64,000 nucleotides of DNA from the human T2T-CHM13v2.0 reference genome, Homo sapiens (GCF_009914755.1 NC_060941.1), one strand, 5' to 3'. Shown: positions 1-23,252, counted from the first letter of the stretch. Notes: generated by a model not told the origin, from the letters alone. Numbers and translations: made by a program.

Positions 1-187
1 GAGTAGCTAAGATTACAGGCATGTGCTACCATGCCCAGCTATTTTTTTTTTTTTTTTTTGTATTTTTAGTAGAGATGGGGTTTCACCATGTTGGGCAGGC
101 TGGTCTCGGACTCCTGACCTCGAATGACTGGCCCGCCTCAGCCTCCCGAAGTGCTGGAATTACAGGCGTGAGCCACCGTGCCCGGCC
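1..187 (-). mobile_element. Alu (partial, runs off the window)
   Basis: Reverse-complement Alu left arm ending cccggcc. Confidence 0.9.
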
Positions 188-376
188 GAACTTACAGATC
201 CTTAAGGGCTCTCTTGGCTGTAAGAGTCTGTGATGCTGGGAAGGCCCTGTGTGGATGGAGGGAACATGAAGGGCTTGGTAGCTGGGGCATGTCCTCTGGC
301 TGCCCCTCCTGCTTAGGGGCTGGCGGGGGTGCCTTTTCAGGCAGCCTGTCTAAATAATCAATCCTAAGTCTCATGA

Positions 377-1260
<884 letters not shown>

Positions 1261-1372
1261 CCCTTTGAGCTCCTTTAAAAGGGGGCTGGAGGTTGCACAA
1301 TGGACCAGGAGGGTGAAGATGTATATTCAAATCCTGGTCTGTAATTTACCAGCTGGGTAATCTTGGCCTTGA

Positions 1373-1702
<330 letters not shown>

Positions 1703-2297
1703 TAGAAGTGGCTCTAAAAGTGGGTGGGAAAGGGACGGAAGTCAGGTAGGGGCTGCCTGAGAGGGGTTCAAAGACGGGGAGTGGAAGGATGGGATTCAAG
1801 GAGGGAGGGCGTGTAGAGAGCCCAGACAAGGGCCAGGTGTATCACAGGGGCTCAGTAAATACATGTTTGCTTCCCTCCATTCCTCTTAGTACTGGGAGCT
1901 GGAAAGAGAGAAGGTTGGGGCCAGGGTGGGACCCTGGAATTCAGATTTTGAGTGGGGCAGTTTTGGGGGGTGAAAGGGTAAGGGTCAATGGAGATGAGGC
2001 AGGCTGGGACCTGGGGTGCAGGGTGATCACCCACATGGCCAGTGGGATCCCCAGGATGAGACAGGAGATGAGGCAGGAAAGGGGGTAGGGGAGAGCAGTG
2101 GGACATTGGTCCCTGGGAGTATCAGTGAGGAGGGTGGGTAAGGTTCTGGGTCAGGTCAGGGGCCCACAGCCATATTCCCTGTAGACACCAGATCATGCAC
2201 TTGAGCCGAGGGGCTAGACCTGGGGCTGGGAGCAGGATAAGAGTCCCTATGCTAAGCTCACCCAGCTGACCAACCCTTCTGTGCTCTTCCCCATCAG

Positions 2298-2487
2298 CCT
2301 GATTTTTGGGGCACTGACCATCATGACCGGCGTCATTGGGGTCATCTTGGGGGCAGAAGCTTCGAGGAGGTACAAGAAAGTCATTCCAGGAGCTGAGCCC
2401 CTCATCTGCGCCTCCAGCCTGCTTGCCACAGCCCCCTGCCTCTACCTGGCTCTCGTCCTGGCCCCGACCACCCTGCTGGCCTCCTAT
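2298..2487 (+). CDS. SPNS3: SPNS3 internal coding exon (190 nt), (S)LIFGALTIMTGVIGVILGAEASRRYKKVIPGAEPLICASSLLATAPCLYLALVLAPTTLLASY
   Basis: Acceptor ccccatcag| and donor TAT|gtaagt; hydrophobic TM segments of a Spinster MFS; phase-0 end joins the next exon in frame. Confidence 0.95.
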
Positions 2488-2648
2488 GTAAGTGAGAGCC
2501 TCTATGGAGGTGGGGACAGGGTTGGGGGGCGAGGAACTCCTGTTTCCACAGGCTCATGCTGCGCCCGGCCTTTATGTACAATTATGTTGATCACTCCTTC
2601 TGAGTAGAGCTTGTTATCCCCATTTTACAGATCAGTAAAGAGAAGCTT

Positions 2649-3021
<373 letters not shown>

Positions 3022-3892
3022 TTAATTTGAGAAAATAGGACTCATTTATTGCCAGGGCATATTGTGGGCCCAAGAAGAAATAGAGCAATTCTCCCCAGGT
3101 TACAGAGGAGGGAAGCAAGGCCCAGATTGGTTATGGCCAATGTGGACGCTGCTTTAAGGGCAATAATCATGGTAATATCAAGTGTTCCAAATCCACATCC
3201 CATCACACCCCTTCATGGGCCTCACACTCTGGCTGTGCCAGCCGTGTGGGCACACACACTTCCCAGACTTTGCACGCGTCCATTTCTTCCACCAAGAACA
3301 CCAGTTCCTCTTTTGTGCATCCTGAAATCCTCCTTCTGCAAGACTCAACTCAAAGTCCGCTTCCTCCAAAAGCCTTCCCCTACCACTCTATCCTCACACC
3401 AGAATTCACGTTCCCACTTGGGCTCAGCACCTGTTTGGGTCCCATGAGGCACCAAGGTTTATGGGGCCTGTCCACAGACAGGGAGCCCAAAGGGCAGGAC
3501 CAGAGCCAGAGGGTCCCTGTGTGCAGCCGTGTCCCTGGCTCCCCAAAGCCCCAGCCCTGCCTGTCCCCCAACATGGGAAAGGGCTACTGCTTCTGGGAAG
3601 ATGACGCCAGCCCAGCCACAAGCAGAGGGGCTAGACCTCTCCTCCTTTCCCAGCTCCATGGCCCTGGGCCCTGTGGCTGCAGACACAGATGCGCTTGCAC
3701 ATGTTAACCAGGTTTACTGAGCAGACTGGACTTTGGAAAAGTAAACCAGCCACAACTTTGTTGTCCTCACACTAGTTTGGCTGCATCTCCTACCCATGGC
3801 CAGAGCCCATTGCTTCTCTAGTCACACACATGAACTAAACAGTCTGGTCCCACTGAAATCAAAACAACTTTAGCCCTGCTTCCAAATAAAGC

Positions 3893-4594
<702 letters not shown>

Positions 4595-5264
4595 TGACAT
4601 CTCCCCTCCCCTTGCGATTCTGTCCTCTCCAGAGATGAGCAGGCAAGGAAGGATGACTGAGAACAGGCCAAGTATTGCCTGTGTCCGGAGCTGTTTCTGC
4701 TGACTGTCGGTGCCCCACATGTGGCAGATGCCCAGAGGCGGGGTGTGGGGGGTACTTTGTGGGCGTTTTGGGGTCTCTGGCCCTGGTTTTTGCTTTGCCC
4801 AATTCCTTGATGCAAGGGTTGCCTTTCCAGCCAGGCTGTCTTGCCCCGGTAGGCAATCCTGCAAGGGGCCCCCTCTCATGAGCACCGTGTCTCCCTCCAC
4901 GGTGTCCATCTGAGCCCTGTAGGATGTCGGGAAGGGAGGCCTCCCCCACTGCCGCCCTCTCCCCTCCCACGACACTGCAGACTACTCCATCTGGCATCCC
5001 CACCCACAGACTTCCCTTGGGGGAGTCAGGGCCCAGGGTCCATTCTCCCCGAATGCCAGATGACATGCATCTGAGTGTCCTAAAGACGTCTTCTATGCAC
5101 GCCCCTCAGGCTGTCCTGGTATAGGAGGCTCAGCATTTAGCCAGCGTCCAGTCAGGGAGAAAAGGCCAGCTTCCTTCCTGGCAAGCACTGCCCTCTGTGA
5201 GGGGGGTGAGTGTCACCTGAAGCCCCTCACTCAGCTTAAGAGTAGAACTCTTTATTCTTTATTT

Positions 5265-5530
5265 ATTAACTTTTTTAGAGATGGGGGCTCTCACTATGTT
5301 GCTCAGGCTGGTCTTGAACTCCTGGGCTCCAGCAATCCTCTTGCCTCAGCCTCCTGAACAACTGGGACTACAGGCGTGCACCACCACACCAGGCTAATTT
5401 TTGTATTTTTAGTAGAGATGGGGTTTTGCCATGTTGCCCAGCCTGGTCTCGAACCCCTGTCCTCAAGTGATCTGCCCATCTCAGCCTCCCAAAGTGCTGG
5501 GATTACAGGCATGAGCCACCGCGCCTGGTC
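5265..5530 (-). mobile_element. Alu (AluJ/FLAM-like composite)
   Basis: Alu consensus; TSD aagagtagaactcttt / aagagcagaactcttt. Confidence 0.85.
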
Positions 5531-5768
5531 AAGAGCAGAACTCTTTCAATAAATCCTCCCCTGAGCATGACTTCCACGCAAGCAGTGGGGGGCCAAATGG
5601 GATAGCTCTGTTCTCTCGCCGAGTCCTGAAGGTGTGCTGGCACCTCTCTTGAGATGTGGGCACTGCTCATCCCTTGTTCTCAGCCTTGGGTCTCTGCAGA
5701 AATTCCTGAAGACTAGAAAGTCTTGTCATTCTCTTCTGCACGTGCTCTTATTTAGTCCTCACGACTGA

Positions 5769-6293
<525 letters not shown>

Positions 6294-6388
6294 TGGAAGG
6301 TTTTTTCTTATGCCATTTGACAGGTTGGAAAACTGAAGCCCACAGATAGAATCAGGTAAATAGTGGGACAGACAAAACTCCAACACCT

Positions 6389-6775
<387 letters not shown>

Positions 6776-7574
6776 CTAGTAAATCCCTTAATGCTTATTG
6801 ACTGAGGGAGGGGACCATCACTTCTGGCTGGTGGGAGCTGATGGGGGCTGGTGGGGCCTGACCTCGCAGGGAGGCTGGAGCCCAGGCAGATGGAGGCCCC
6901 ATCAAAGCTGTCCCTGTACCAGCCAGCTGGGGCTGGGGGCCCCCTGCCAGCCCTGCTTCTGCCACTGTCTTGGTTGGTTCTGGGAGGTGCTCCTTGGCTG
7001 TGTTTTGGGGACACAGCTGCCCCCCCCTCACCCCCTGCACCCTGCAGCCTGGCGCATCTCTAGAGCTGGTTGTCTCATCCAGAAATGACATTGCGTCTTG
7101 GCCGCCAAAGCCAGCTGGAGAAACTCTTCTTTAGGCCTGCCCTGGGGTTTGGGGCTGAGGGGCAGAAAGGCGGGCAGGGCCAGAGTGCATCCCTCCTCTG
7201 GCGCTGGGAAGCTGCTGGGTCTGGCATGGTACCCACCGATGCTGAGCCTCTGCGGCCAGAACTCTAACCCTCAGAGGTGATGCCATCCCGCCCCCACCCC
7301 TTGGCTCTGTCTGTGCCTCCGTAGAATGCTCGGATGTTCTGACCTGAGATTCAGGCTCCAGTTCTTCCTTCCCAACAACTGTCAGTCACAAAGCCCTTGA
7401 CCTCTCCCAGGCCTACCCTCCTCTCCGTCCTCTCTGCCCTTCCCTGGCTCATGCCTTGCTGTCTTTCTCCAGAACTGTTCTAGAAGCCACCTTCCTGGTC
7501 TCCGTGTCTTCCTGCTCACCCACTACAGTCTGTTCTTCTGTTCTTCACACACTGCCAGAGTGAGCTAGCTAGCT

Positions 7575-7782
7575 TGCTTGCTTTTTCTTTCTTTTCTTTT
7601 CTTTTCTTTCCCTCCCTCCCTCTCTCCCTTCCTCTCCCTCTCTCTCTCCCTCCCTCCCTTTCTTTCTTCTTTCTTTCTTTCCATTTTCTTTTTCTTCTTT
7701 CTTTCCTTCCTCCCTCCCACCCGCCTTCCTTCCTTCCTCCCTTCCTTCCTTTCCTTCCTTTCCTTCCTTTCTTCCTTCCCTC

Positions 7783-7849
<67 letters not shown>

Positions 7850-7905
7850 TCCTTCCTTCTTTCTTTCTTTCTTTTCTTTCTCTTTTCCTTCCCTTCCTTC
7901 CTTCC
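7575..7905. repeat. Polypyrimidine simple repeat (TTTC/TTCC/CT), expanded tail of an antisense Alu monomer at about 7906-8019
   Basis: About 330 nt almost only C/T, including a pure (TTTC)n run. Confidence 0.92.
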
Positions 7906-8545
7906 AGACAGGGTCTCCCTGTGTTGCCCAGGCTGGTCTTGAACTCCTGGCCTCAAGTGATCCTGCCCATGCTGCCTCCCGAGTAGCTGGAATTCAGGCA
8001 TGTGTCGCTGTGCCTGGCTGACAGAGTGAGCTTTCTGACACCACCTCCCTTCCCTGCTCAAAAGCCTCGCATGGCTCCCTGGTGCCTGTGGAACTAGGCC
8101 CAGCCCCTTATCCCGGCATTTAAAGCCCCTCATGAACTTCTCCAATAACCTTAGGAGCCTTATTCCTCCACTGAAGTCCTGCCACGCAGGTCCCCTCTTG
8201 ATTCCCTAGTCATTCCTCCCCTCTCCCTCTCTTTCCCCATCCTCACTCCCTTCTCCATGTGTCCAGAGCATTCTAGGCCTTCAAGGGCCAGCTTACCACC
8301 GTCTCTCCATGGATTCCTCCCTGGTTGCTGGGCCTGACCCTCTCTCCCTTAGTACGCCCAGTGTTGTCGTCCTGGGGTCTCAGTTACGTACGTTCTGACT
8401 CCTCTCCCAGCCCTGTCTGTGAGTTTAGCAGGGTCCAGGTCTGGTTCTAGTCTTTCTCTGCACTCCAGCTTGAAGCACAGTGTCAGGCACGTGGACAGGT
8501 GGGTGAGGTAAGTCACTGCTGGCTGAGTGAAGAGTCGAGTGACAA

Positions 8546-9460
<915 letters not shown>

Positions 9461-9465
9461 GACAT

Positions 9466-10544
<1,079 letters not shown>

Positions 10545-10579
<35 letters not shown>

Positions 10580-10698
10580 TTTTTTTTGAGACAGGGTCTT
10601 GCTTTGTTTCCCAGGCTTGAGCTCCTGGCTTCAAGCAATCCTCCTGCCTCAGCCTCCCCAGGCATTAGGATTATAGGAGTGAGCCACCCTATCTGGCT
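10545..10698 (-). mobile_element. Alu monomer (FLAM-like)
   Basis: T tail plus single-arm consensus. Confidence 0.75.
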
Positions 10699-10699
10699 G

Positions 10700-11130
10700 G
10701 CTTGTGCTGAGTAGAATCACTCTGGCTACTCTGTTGAGAATAGACCTGGGGGCAAGGGCAGAAGCAGAGAGGAGTGAGGAGGCTGTTGTTAGAATGCAGG
10801 TGAGATGATGCGGTTTGAACCAGAGTGGCAACAATGGCGATTGTGAGAGGCAGTTGGATTACATATGTATTTTGAAGGTAGAGCTATCAGAATTTCCTCA
10901 TAAATTCCAGGAGGGGTATGAAAGAAGAGTCAGAGGTGAGTTCCAGGTATTGGCATGAGCAGCTGGAACCGGGGAGGGCCCATTAATTGAGGCAGGAAAG
11001 TGAGCAGGAGCAGCAAGTGTTTTGGGGAAGGTCAACAGCTTGGTTTTATACATTCTGAGTTTGTCGGGGGAGGTTGATATCCAAGTGGAGGTGTTAGTAG
11101 ACAGTTGGATACAGGAGTCGGAAGTCCAGG
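10700..11130 (-). mobile_element. LINE-2 fragment (continuation)
   Basis: atcactctggctactctgttgagaatagac...tattttgaaggtagagc L2 motifs. Confidence 0.75.
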
Positions 11131-11276
11131 GGATATGGAATCATCCCTAAAACTTCAAAGGGTGAAAACATTTTTGGGGAGCAAAAGGAGTCAGCATTAG
11201 GATGGGTGTCCAGAGGGTGCTGAGGAATTGGCTTCTGCTGGGATTCAAAATATGATGTCACCTTACTTTCTTCTAC

Positions 11277-12738
11277 TCATCCATCCACCCATTCACCAAT
11301 CCATCCATCCATCCATCCATCCATCCATCCATCCATCCACCAATCCATCCATCCATCCATCCATCCATCCATCCATCCATCCACCAATCTATCCATCCAT
11401 CTATCCATCCATCCATCCATCCACCAATCTATCCATCCATCTATCCATCCATCCATCCATCCATCCATCCACCCATCCATCCATCCATCCATCCATCCAC
11501 CCATCCACCCATCCACCAATCCATCCATCCATCCATCCATCCACCAATCCATCCATCCATCCATCCATCCATCCATCCATCCATCCATCCACCAATCTAT
11601 CCATCCATTCATCCACCAATCTATCCATCCATCCACCCATCCACCAATCCATCCATCCACCAATCCATCCACCAATCCATCCATCCATCCATCCATCCAC
11701 CCACCCACCAGTCCATCCACCCACCAATCCATCCATTCATCCATCCACCCACCAATCCATCCACCCACCAATCCATCCATCCAGCCATCCATCCACCCAC
11801 CCACCCACCCACCCATCCACCAATCCATCCATCCATCCACCCACCCACCCACCCACCAATCCATCCATCCACCCACCCACCAATCCATCCATCCATCCAT
11901 CCATCCACCCACCCACCTACCCACCCATCCATCCACCAATCCATCCATCCATCCATCCATCCATCCATCCATCCATCCACCAATCTATCCATCCATCCAT
12001 CCACCCATCCGCCAATCCATCCATCCATCCATCCATCCACCAATCCATCCACCCACCCATCCACCAATCCATCCATCCACCCACCCACCCACCCACCCAC
12101 CAATGCATCCATCCACCCACCCACCCACCCACCCACCCATCCATCCACCAGTCTATCAATCCATCTATCCATCCATCCACCAATCCATCCATCCATCCAT
12201 CCATCCATCCATCCATCCATCCATCCACCAGTCTATCAATCCATCTATCCATCCATCCACCAATCCATCCATCCATCCATCCATCCACCCATCCACCAAT
12301 CCATCCATCCACCAATCCATCCATCTACCCACCCACCAATCCATCCATCCATCCATCCATCCACCCACCCACCCACCCACCCACCCATTCATCCACCAAT
12401 CTATCCATCCATCCATCCATCCACCAATCTATCCATCCATCCATCCACCCATCCGCCAATCCATCCATCCATCCATCCACCAATCCATCCACCCACCCAT
12501 CCACCAATCCATCCATCCATCCACCCTCCCACCCACCCACCAATCCATCCATCCATCCATCCATCCACCCACCCACCCATCCACCAATCCATCCATCCAC
12601 CAATCTATCCATCCATCCATCCATCCATCCATCCATCCATCCATCCATCCACCAATCTATCCATCCATCCATCCATCCATTCAACCACGCACCCACCCAC
12701 CCACCCACCCACCAATCCATCCATCCATCCATCCATCC
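11277..12738. repeat. About 1.46 kb degenerate (CCAT)n/(ATGG)n tetranucleotide tract
   Basis: Tandem CCAT/CCAC/CAAT/CTAT units. Confidence 0.97.
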
Positions 12739-12960
12739 CTTCACTTCTCAGATGGCAGGAACCAAAGTCCTTCCTGCATGATTTCTGCTGTTGAAGGAGT
12801 AAGTCCTGGGGAGACAGGCTCCAAACTCTTCTTGGGAAGGGCCCAAGAAGGGTATAGACAGGCTCCAAACTCTTCTTGGGTGGGCATGTGTGCTGGTGTG
12901 TGCATGCATCTGAGTGTGTATATGTTCATTCTTGTGTGTAGACATTAAAATGAATATACT

Positions 12961-13661
<701 letters not shown>

Positions 13662-14520
13662 ATATATCTATTTTAATTTGTATGTATGTGCATGGTGTGT
13701 ATGAGTGTGTCGATGTGTGCTGTTTTGTACACTTATCTGTGCACGAGCATGCACACCCAACTCAGGACATGCAGATAACTGCGTGGGACGTGCCTGTGTG
13801 CACATGTGGACCTGCAGCTAAGTATAGCTTTTCTCCTGCTACTTTTGTGCCTGTAACTGCATTGTGTGGGCAGGATGATTTTTGGTGGCACTGTGTGTCT
13901 GTTCCCAGATTTCCTGAAGTAGGGGCCAAATCATGCTGCTTGTTTCATGGAAATGAGCTTTTCTGAGAATATAAAGTCTGGTCTGGGGCCTTCCCTGGGG
14001 GAGCCCATGCCCTGTGGCCACGTACAGAAACAGAGGCTTCCATCTCTTCCATCTTTCCAGTCCTCTTGGCAAGGGAAGTGGACTTCTCGGCTGTTAATTA
14101 GGGTCCAGACACGCACACAGCAGGTCTTGGCTTATACCACCTTCGTTGGCCTTCTTCCCAGAGCTGCTGCCCTTCAGAAGAGAATAGGTTTGTGCTCAGA
14201 GGAGGGACTGCACCCAAAGCAGGGCCTCCACTGTCACTGACCTGATGGCTGGAGGATGTGGCTGAACGTCGGCTATCCCCCCTTAGGTGGGCTTTGTGGT
14301 CAAGGTGGAGGGGCAGGAGTGGGACATGGGAGGGAGCATGCTGTGAGCTGTCTGAAAGACCTGGCCATCATTCCTTCTTTCCTTACCAGTTGTGTGACTT
14401 GTGTGACCTAGGGCAAGATCTTGACCTTGCTGAGCCTCAATTTTCTTAGCAAGAAAATGGGAGTGCTACTCTTTACCTCTCGGCTTCATTAAAGAGATAA
14501 GCAAACTTTTGAGCCTGTTC

Positions 14521-14834
<314 letters not shown>

Positions 14835-14839
14835 TAATT

Positions 14840-15230
14840 ACTATGCATATGTAACAAAATTTAATGGCTTAAAACAACAAGAACATTTATTTTGCTCACA
14901 AATTTGCAGTTTGGACCAGGCTTGAGAGCAAGAGGGGATGACATCTCTTTTCCACTTGGTGTTAGCTAGGCTGGATAAGGGTGAGGGGCTGGATCATCAA
15001 AGGGGTGGGGCCTGCCTGGCAGTCGATTCAGCTGTTGACTGAGACCTTAGCATTGGCTGGTACACCTGTCTGTGGCCTCTCCGTGTGGTCTGTGCTTCCT
15101 CACAGCATGGTGGCCGGGTTAAACAAGGACTAATGTTCTGAGATAGCGGGCCAGGTAGAACTGTGCTGCCTTTTATGACCTACCCTTGAAAGTTACCATG
15201 AATGTAACTTGCATTCTCTGCATTCTATTT
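14840..15230. mobile_element. MaLR LTR relic (MLT1-like)
   Basis: aatttaatggcttaaaacaacaa...atttattttgctcac and cttcctcacagcatggtggc motifs typical of MLT1. Confidence 0.6.
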
Positions 15231-15289
15231 TTTTTTTTACCTGAGCACAACTTTCTGCTCATATTAGTGGGGCAAAGAAATGGACTCTA

Positions 15290-15581
15290 GGCCATGCGCA
15301 GTGGCTCATGCTTGTGATCCCAGCACTTTGGGAGGCCGAGGCGGGAGGATTACCTGAGATGAGGAGTTCAAGACCAGCTTAGCCAACGTGGCAAAACCCC
15401 GAGGCTACAAAAATACAAAAATTAGCCTGGCATGATGGCAGGTGCCTGTAATCCCAGCTACTTGGAAGGCTGATGGGGGAGAATCACTTGAACACAGGAG
15501 GCGGAGGTTATAGGGAGGTGGGATCGCCACCAATGTGCTCCAGCCTGGGTGAGGGAGTGAGACTCCATTTCAGAAAAAAAA
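15290..15581 (+). mobile_element. Alu
   Basis: Dimer; TSD aagaaatggactcta. Confidence 0.88.
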
Positions 15582-16103
15582 GAAATGGACTCTATCTTTT
15601 GATGAGAGTATCAGTGATCTGAAAGAACTTGTGGAACTGGAAATATTGCAGTGACTGTCTTTGGAAAATGCAATCTCCCATCATGCCCCAGGGTTTCCTT
15701 CTCTTCTGTCCCCTGGGCCCTGCCGACATCTGACATTGCATGGGAAAGTGTTTTGTGTGCACAGTGGCGAAGCCTACCAGGGTGGGTCTCTAGTTCCACG
15801 CTGCTCTTTTGGTCTCACGGTGAGAAACCCGGACTCGAGTGCTCACCCTCACACCCCTGCTTGGCCTCATGGGCTGAGGGAGCAGGTGTGCTTGAGATCT
15901 CAAAGGGCCAAGCCTATGGCCATGGCCAGGTGGCTGAGATGCAGGTCTCCACCAGGAAAAGCAGCAATGTCCACTCACTTATGAAATCTTTCCCCAGCGC
16001 CTCCTCTTTCCCAGACGCTGTTCCAGGCACTGGAGTACAGCATGAACAAAGCAGGCAAAAGTATGTGTGTGTAATACAATAAACATGGAAAATCAACACC
16101 ATA

Positions 16104-17120
<1,017 letters not shown>

Positions 17121-17139
17121 CTTAGGGGTTGTATCCGGA

Positions 17140-17940
<801 letters not shown>

Positions 17941-18001
17941 GACCACGTGGTTTAACAGGCTCTCTCTGGCTGCCACATTGAGAATAGAATGAAAGAGGAC
18001 A

Positions 18002-18152
18002 GGCTGGGCGTGGAGGCGCACACCTGTCATCCTAGCACGTTGGGCAGCTCAGGTGGAAGAATCGCTTGAGCTTAAGCTCAGGAGTTTGAGACCAGCCTGG
18101 GCAACATAGAGAGAAAAAATTAAAAAAACAAACAAAAAATAAATTAAAAAAA
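18002..18152 (+). mobile_element. Alu monomer (FLAM-like) within an L2 (about 17960-18520)
   Basis: Single arm with A tail; TSD aaagaggaca. Confidence 0.75.
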
Positions 18153-18520
18153 AGAAAGAGGACAAAGGCAGAAACAGGGAAATCACTCCAGAGGATTTGT
18201 AGTAATATAGGCAGGAGATAGTGATGGCTTGGACCAGGGTAGCTATGGAGGAAGTGTGGAGAAGTGGTCAGATTCTGGGTATATTTTGGAAGTAGAATGA
18301 ACAGGGTTTCCTGACAGACTGGGTGTGAAAGAAAGGAAGGAGTCCAGGGCGGCTCCAAGGTTTTTGCCCTGAGCAGCTAGAAGCATATGGAGTTGCCACT
18401 TACTGTGGGGCAGGGGGCGGTGGCGGCGGGGGAAGACTGAGGGAGGGGCAGGGGTTTTTGTTTTGGAGGGAGGGATTAGCAGTTCCATTTTAGACATGTT
18501 ACATTTGAGGTGCTTCTTAG

Positions 18521-19555
<1,035 letters not shown>

Positions 19556-20001
19556 TTAAAGCCATGAGACCAAATGAGATCACCAAGGGCATGAGCATAG
19601 ACCTGAAGCTCGAGCTTGGACGCATTCCACATGTCAGTCAAGGCTGTGAATGCGCAGTGCTACCGTGGTGAGGTCAAGGGTGGGACCAACAATTCACTGT
19701 ATCGTGTTGTATCAAATGACTTTTATATTTTTATTTGGGAGACACTAAAAAAACAAAAACAAAAGCATAAAAGTACAGAGAAGAAAATAACCGTTATTCA
19801 CGTTTTCATCTACAAGAATAAATAATTCTTCACATTTTGGCCTTTTTGCTTCTATATTTGTTATTTAATTAGGTAACCGTCATTCCGTACACGTGTCTCT
19901 CTATACATTCACAGGCTTATGGTTAGGTAAAAATAGTTTTATTAAACTGGGGTTATATAGTAGTGCAATTTTTAAAAACAGATTTATTGAGATACAATTC
20001 A

Positions 20002-20294
<293 letters not shown>

Positions 20295-20319
20295 AATATT
20301 AGTAATAATTAATATATTG

Positions 20320-20575
20320 GACAGTTCACCCAATAAAGTGTATAATTCACTGGTTTTTCGTACATTCACAGAGTTCTACAACCATCACCACATCAGTTTT
20401 AGAACATTTTGCTCACCCCAAAAAGAAATTTCATGCCTATTAGCAGTCACCCCCATTTCCCTTCAATCTATCTCTCTGCTCCCCAGCCCGGGCCCTAGGC
20501 AGCTGCTAAATCTACTTTCTGTCTTTATAGATTTGTCTGTTCTGGATAATTCATATAAATAGAATCATATAATAT
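20320..20575 (-). mobile_element. Old L1 (L1MB-like) 3' end fragment
   Basis: tacattcacagagttctacaaccatcaccac...ttttagaacatttt...aatctactttctgtctttatagatttg. Confidence 0.75.
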
Positions 20576-20787
20576 GTTTAATTTATATGAATCCACTTGA
20601 ATAAACGTAAAATCAAAGGAATTAAGTTTGAATTAGTTGTAAAACTGTGGACTTATTGATGAATACTAGCTATGAAAGAGGACACCAGCCTTCTTATACC
20701 TCCTCTCTCCCTTCTCTCCCCAACCTCCTGATTTTTGTTATATTAATATCTTTACTTTTCCAGATGTAGAGCATTCACAGTCTGTTC

Positions 20788-21085
20788 TTTTTCTTTTTTT
20801 TGTGAGACACAGTTTCGCTCTTGTTGCCCAGGCTGGAGTGGAATGGCACGAACTCGGATCACCACAACCTCTGCCTCCCGGGTTCAAACAATTCTCCTGC
20901 CTCAGCCTTCTGAGTAGCTGGGATTATAGGCATGCGACACCACGCCCAGCTAATTTTGTATTTTTAGTAGAGATAGGGTTTCTCTATGTTGGTCAGGCTG
21001 GTTGTGAACCCCCAACCTCAGGTGATCCACCCGCCTCGGCCTCCCAAAGTGCTGGGATTACAGGCGTGAGCCACTGTGCCTGGCC
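20788..21085 (-). mobile_element. Alu
   Basis: Dimer; flanks cacagtctg. Confidence 0.9.
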
Positions 21086-21310
21086 ACAGTCTGCTCTTTA
21101 AGCATCATCCTTGTAGTGGCTTGACAACAGTTTCATATTTAAGTAGATTCAATGTTTGTTATCAGTCTGTTTACACAGATTCTTTATTCCTGAGTTTTTA
21201 TTTTGCTTCAACTCCTAACTGGGTAGATTTTATGATTAAGGAGTTTTTATCTACCCCTTGTCCCCCAAAAGGCTAGAGAGTTTATTTTCTTTTGGTTCAT
21301 TTATTCGTGA

Positions 21311-21661
<351 letters not shown>

Positions 21662-21664
21662 TGA

Positions 21665-22114
<450 letters not shown>

Positions 22115-22561
22115 TGAGCTGGGTGTAGGCAGCTCTGCTCAGAAACCGAATTTGCTTTGATGTAATGTGGATGACTCTTTGTCTTTGACTCTCCCTGCCT
22201 TCTCTGTGACCATTCCATTGTCCAAAGGGGATGCAGTTTGAGTTGAGCTTGGGCTCCGCAGACTTTTCTGTTGCCGGAGGGAAATGCAGGGCTCAGGCAA
22301 ATGAGGAGTCTGTGAAAACACCTGGGCTCTGCTCTGTCTTCTGGGATTCAGGTAAATGCTCTACAACATGGTTCATTCTACTTAATTACTGGATGCATTC
22401 CCTTCTGAGATGGGGGTTGCCCTCAGGCCTTGAGTGGAGTCCGTGATTGGAGCCATTGTTGGCTTTCTCTGTTTTTCCTCTCCCCAGCAGCTTTCCCTGC
22501 TGGCTCTCAGTTAGGGACTACTACTCAGTTAATTTCTCTCCAGATATGGGGGTTTTAGTGA

Positions 22562-23053
<492 letters not shown>

Positions 23054-23252
23054 TGACGCAACTTTCAATCCTCCATCTTTGCACAGGAGTTGACCCAGCT
23101 GATCTTGAAGGCTGCTCCTTGCCCAAACTTCATCATAGCTCTGAGTTCCCTCCTTGCCCAAGGAGAGATGTGGCCACCACTGCACAGAGCAGAGCCAGCA
23201 TGGCTGTCACTGAGGCCTTTAGATCCGGGAGAGGACACTGCTCTTCCCAGTC

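Noticed and set aside
7516-8145. Lys/Glu/Arg-rich and Phe/Leu/Ser-rich ORFs (also at 18243-18782)
   Set aside because: Translations of TTTC/TTCC simple repeats and Alu sequence
11228-12781. 517-aa ORF and the overlapping MDGW-type minus ORFs
   Set aside because: These are translations of the (CCAT)n tract, which lacks stops by composition; no exon structure or domain
12812-12880. Repeat-spacer-repeat as a CRISPR-like array
   Set aside because: Only two copies, primate context, no cas genes
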